IMG/VR virus record: IMGVR_UViG_3300021426_000006
Location: 39,223 to 103,222 of that record
Reading direction: 5' to 3' (one strand)
Length of the DNA: 64,000 nucleotides
DNA from: a virus
Lineage: Duplodnaviria; Caudoviricetes
The notes beneath the pieces were generated by a model. The model was not told the DNA's origin. It saw nothing but the letters and a program-made list of their open reading frames with translations, and searched no databases. Made by a program: the position numbers and the translations under genes. Positions 61,984-64,000 of the stretch are shown here, in pieces (positions within the stretch are counted from its first letter, which is position 1; every line of letters starts with the position of its first letter).

Positions 61984-62743
61984 TAACGCGCAGTTTGTCA
62001 ATTATAACGGACACATACTTCCGAAGCCAGAAGGAACAGATTATAATCTCACACCCAATAAGGTATACACCATGAAACAAGACAAATATGGTGATAGTGT
62101 ATACTTAGAGGAAGATAAAGATTTTGAGTTTCCATCTACTTATTATGAAGAAGATCCAAAGTTTATAAATAAATGTATAACTACGTTTAATAATACCGAA
62201 AAACTTACAACAGGTGTTCTATTAAGTGGTTTGAAAGGATCTGGTAAAACATTGATGGCAAAGAAAATTGCAGTCGAGTCAGGTTTACCTATTATAGTAG
62301 TAGATAAAGATGTTTCTGCTGGTTGTATTGAGCTGTTCTTTTCAAGAATTTTTACTCCTGTGTGTGTTATATTTGACGAAATTGACAAATACTGGAATAC
62401 ACGTTATCTTCTTGGATTCCTTGATGGTGTAAAACCTACAGGAAAGAAGCTTGTTATCTGTACTTGTAACGATGAGGACGAGATTGATGAGTATCTCAAC
62501 GATCGTTGTTCTCGTATTCGTTATAAGAAAACATTTAACAGTCTTAACGTTAATGTAATCGAAAATGTAATTTGCAGTATAATTGGCGATAAAAATAAAG
62601 CCAAGGATGCTGCAGCATACATACACGACGCATTAGAAGTGGCATCTTATGACAATGTCATAGTGTTTGCAGAGGAGTTGAAAAACTACCCCGATGAATC
62701 ATTTAAAGATATTGTTAAAGACCTTAACGTTGAAAAGAAGTGA
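61973..62743 (+). CDS. AAA+ ATPase
   Basis: GLKGSGKT, IFDEIDK, TCN, DRCSR. Confidence 0.88.
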   Translation: MENNNAQFVNYNGHILPKPEGTDYNLTPNKVYTMKQDKYGDSVYLEEDKDFEFPSTYYEEDPKFINKCITTFNNTEKLTTGVLLSGLKGSGKTLMAKKIAVESGLPIIVVDKDVSAGCIELFFSRIFTPVCVIFDEIDKYWNTRYLLGFLDGVKPTGKKLVICTCNDEDEIDEYLNDRCSRIRYKKTFNSLNVNVIENVICSIIGDKNKAKDAAAYIHDALEVASYDNVIVFAEELKNYPDESFKDIVKDLNVEKK

Positions 62744-63801
62744 TGGATATTTCCATACCATACTACGAGGACCACACACGTGTGAGTAACTCGTCTATAG
62801 GCTGGTTCTTAAACAAAGGGCCAGCCTATTTTTATAAGATGCTTAAAGGAGAAATCGAAGGAGAGAAATCTACTGCGATGGATCGTGGATCTATGATTCA
62901 CGAATACATTCTCCAGCCCGAAGAGTTCCAAAAAGACTATGTAGTATGGAACAAAAGTAGACCTACTTCTGCACAACAGGAGAAGTTCTGTCAGGCATTA
63001 GCATTTTCAACAGAAATAGAGCCAAATAGAGCCATTCTGGACGCCTATAAACAGGCGTATAGCACAGCAGGAAAGTCGGATGACAAAATGCTGTCAGAGG
63101 GCCTTAAAATAGCCTCTACATTGAAGGATTACATAGACTTCCTGAAAGCAAATGATGGAAGGATTATGATTAGTCCTTGGGATGTTAAAATGCTTGAGAA
63201 AATTAAGCATAACATCCAATCCCATAAGCTTGCTAGCAAAATAATATGGTTTGTTGGATATGGAGAATACCCAGCAGATTCACCAATAATGCCAGGAGAT
63301 GAAATGGCGCTTTGGCACGAATTTCATATAAACTGGGAGTGGGAAATGTTACTTGAACGTTCTGGAGATTCAAATCCTCCAGAATTACTTCAAGTGGCAT
63401 GCAAGTCTCTATTAGATGGTCTTACTCTTGATTTTAAGAATAAGAAAGCTATCATATACGACTTAAAGACTACACAAAAGTTGTGGCATTTTGAGGATAG
63501 TATAGAGATGTACGATTATTGTAGGCAGCTTGCGTATTATACAATGGCTGTAAAATGGTATCTCAAAAACGAATGCAACGAAAATATAAACGATTGGGCA
63601 TTCGAATATTATATCATTGGAATCGATACTACTGGATCGTATGAAATACGTGTATTCCGTATTGAAGAGTTCATGGTGCAAAGCCGCAACTATGTCATAC
63701 AGGATGTGTTGATGGATATTGCTTGGCACCAAGCAAATAGTAAGTGGGATCATAGTAGAGAATATTATGAAGGTAATGGCTCAGAGTCATTGAACCTATG
63801 A
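62740..63801 (+). CDS. PD-(D/E)XK exonuclease (RecE/Cas4-like)
   Basis: SNSSI, GSMIH, KSLLD, DLKTT, QLAYY. Confidence 0.85.
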   Translation: MMDISIPYYEDHTRVSNSSIGWFLNKGPAYFYKMLKGEIEGEKSTAMDRGSMIHEYILQPEEFQKDYVVWNKSRPTSAQQEKFCQALAFSTEIEPNRAILDAYKQAYSTAGKSDDKMLSEGLKIASTLKDYIDFLKANDGRIMISPWDVKMLEKIKHNIQSHKLASKIIWFVGYGEYPADSPIMPGDEMALWHEFHINWEWEMLLERSGDSNPPELLQVACKSLLDGLTLDFKNKKAIIYDLKTTQKLWHFEDSIEMYDYCRQLAYYTMAVKWYLKNECNENINDWAFEYYIIGIDTTGSYEIRVFRIEEFMVQSRNYVIQDVLMDIAWHQANSKWDHSREYYEGNGSESLNL

Positions 63802-64000
63802 GCACATTTGAAAAAATTATAATTCCTTTAATAGATGATAATATAAAGCCGAAAGATGTATTGACAGATGACTTTATAGGTGTTTACACAGAAGATATAA
63901 ATATGCCTGGATTAGACTATGTGTACTTGGTTTACCTATACGACATGGAAAACCTAAGAACAGATATTTGTGTAAATGGCATAGATTCTGTAAAAAATAT
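63798..64000 (+). CDS. hypothetical protein, runs off the window
   Basis: ATGA-coupled start; open to the window end. Confidence 0.65.
   Translation, partial: MSTFEKIIIPLIDDNIKPKDVLTDDFIGVYTEDINMPGLDYVYLVYLYDMENLRTDICVNGIDSVKN

Overview
This is a 64-kb segment of a crAss-like (Crassvirales) Bacteroidota phage. Positions 1-31.2 kb (minus strand) hold the late/virion module: ring/neck protein, major capsid, scaffold-like protein, zincin protein, portal, terminase, GH108 endolysin, LRR and CotH-like tail proteins, a glycosyltransferase-methyltransferase fusion, dUTPase, and IHF-like and GroES-like proteins. Many of these genes look shattered in the ORF track only because TAG is reassigned to Gln (code 15). 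An atypical amber-suppressor tRNA(CUA) lies at 29146-29222. From about 33.6 kb the plus strand carries early and replication genes read in the standard code: ECF sigma, PolB, DnaB-like helicase, SSB, primase, AAA ATPases and PD-(D/E)XK nucleases. The window is unusually rich in non-coding RNA: four canonical tRNAs, a circularly permuted two-piece tmRNA, several acceptor+T-arm tRNA-like minihelices, a hammerhead-like variant, recurrent pseudoknots and a 2.3-kb ORF-free structured tract. The best candidate for a new system is a bipartite motif, GARCY-N2-3-RAGYC(A). It sits in the loop of hairpins that cover or abut the start codon of six replication genes, and it also occurs four times as GAGCCTTGAGCC in hairpin loops of an intergenic array, with a fifth copy at 50014. 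That layout suggests a translational repressor plus a CsrB-like decoy RNA controlling the replisome. All calls were made by eye, without database searches.
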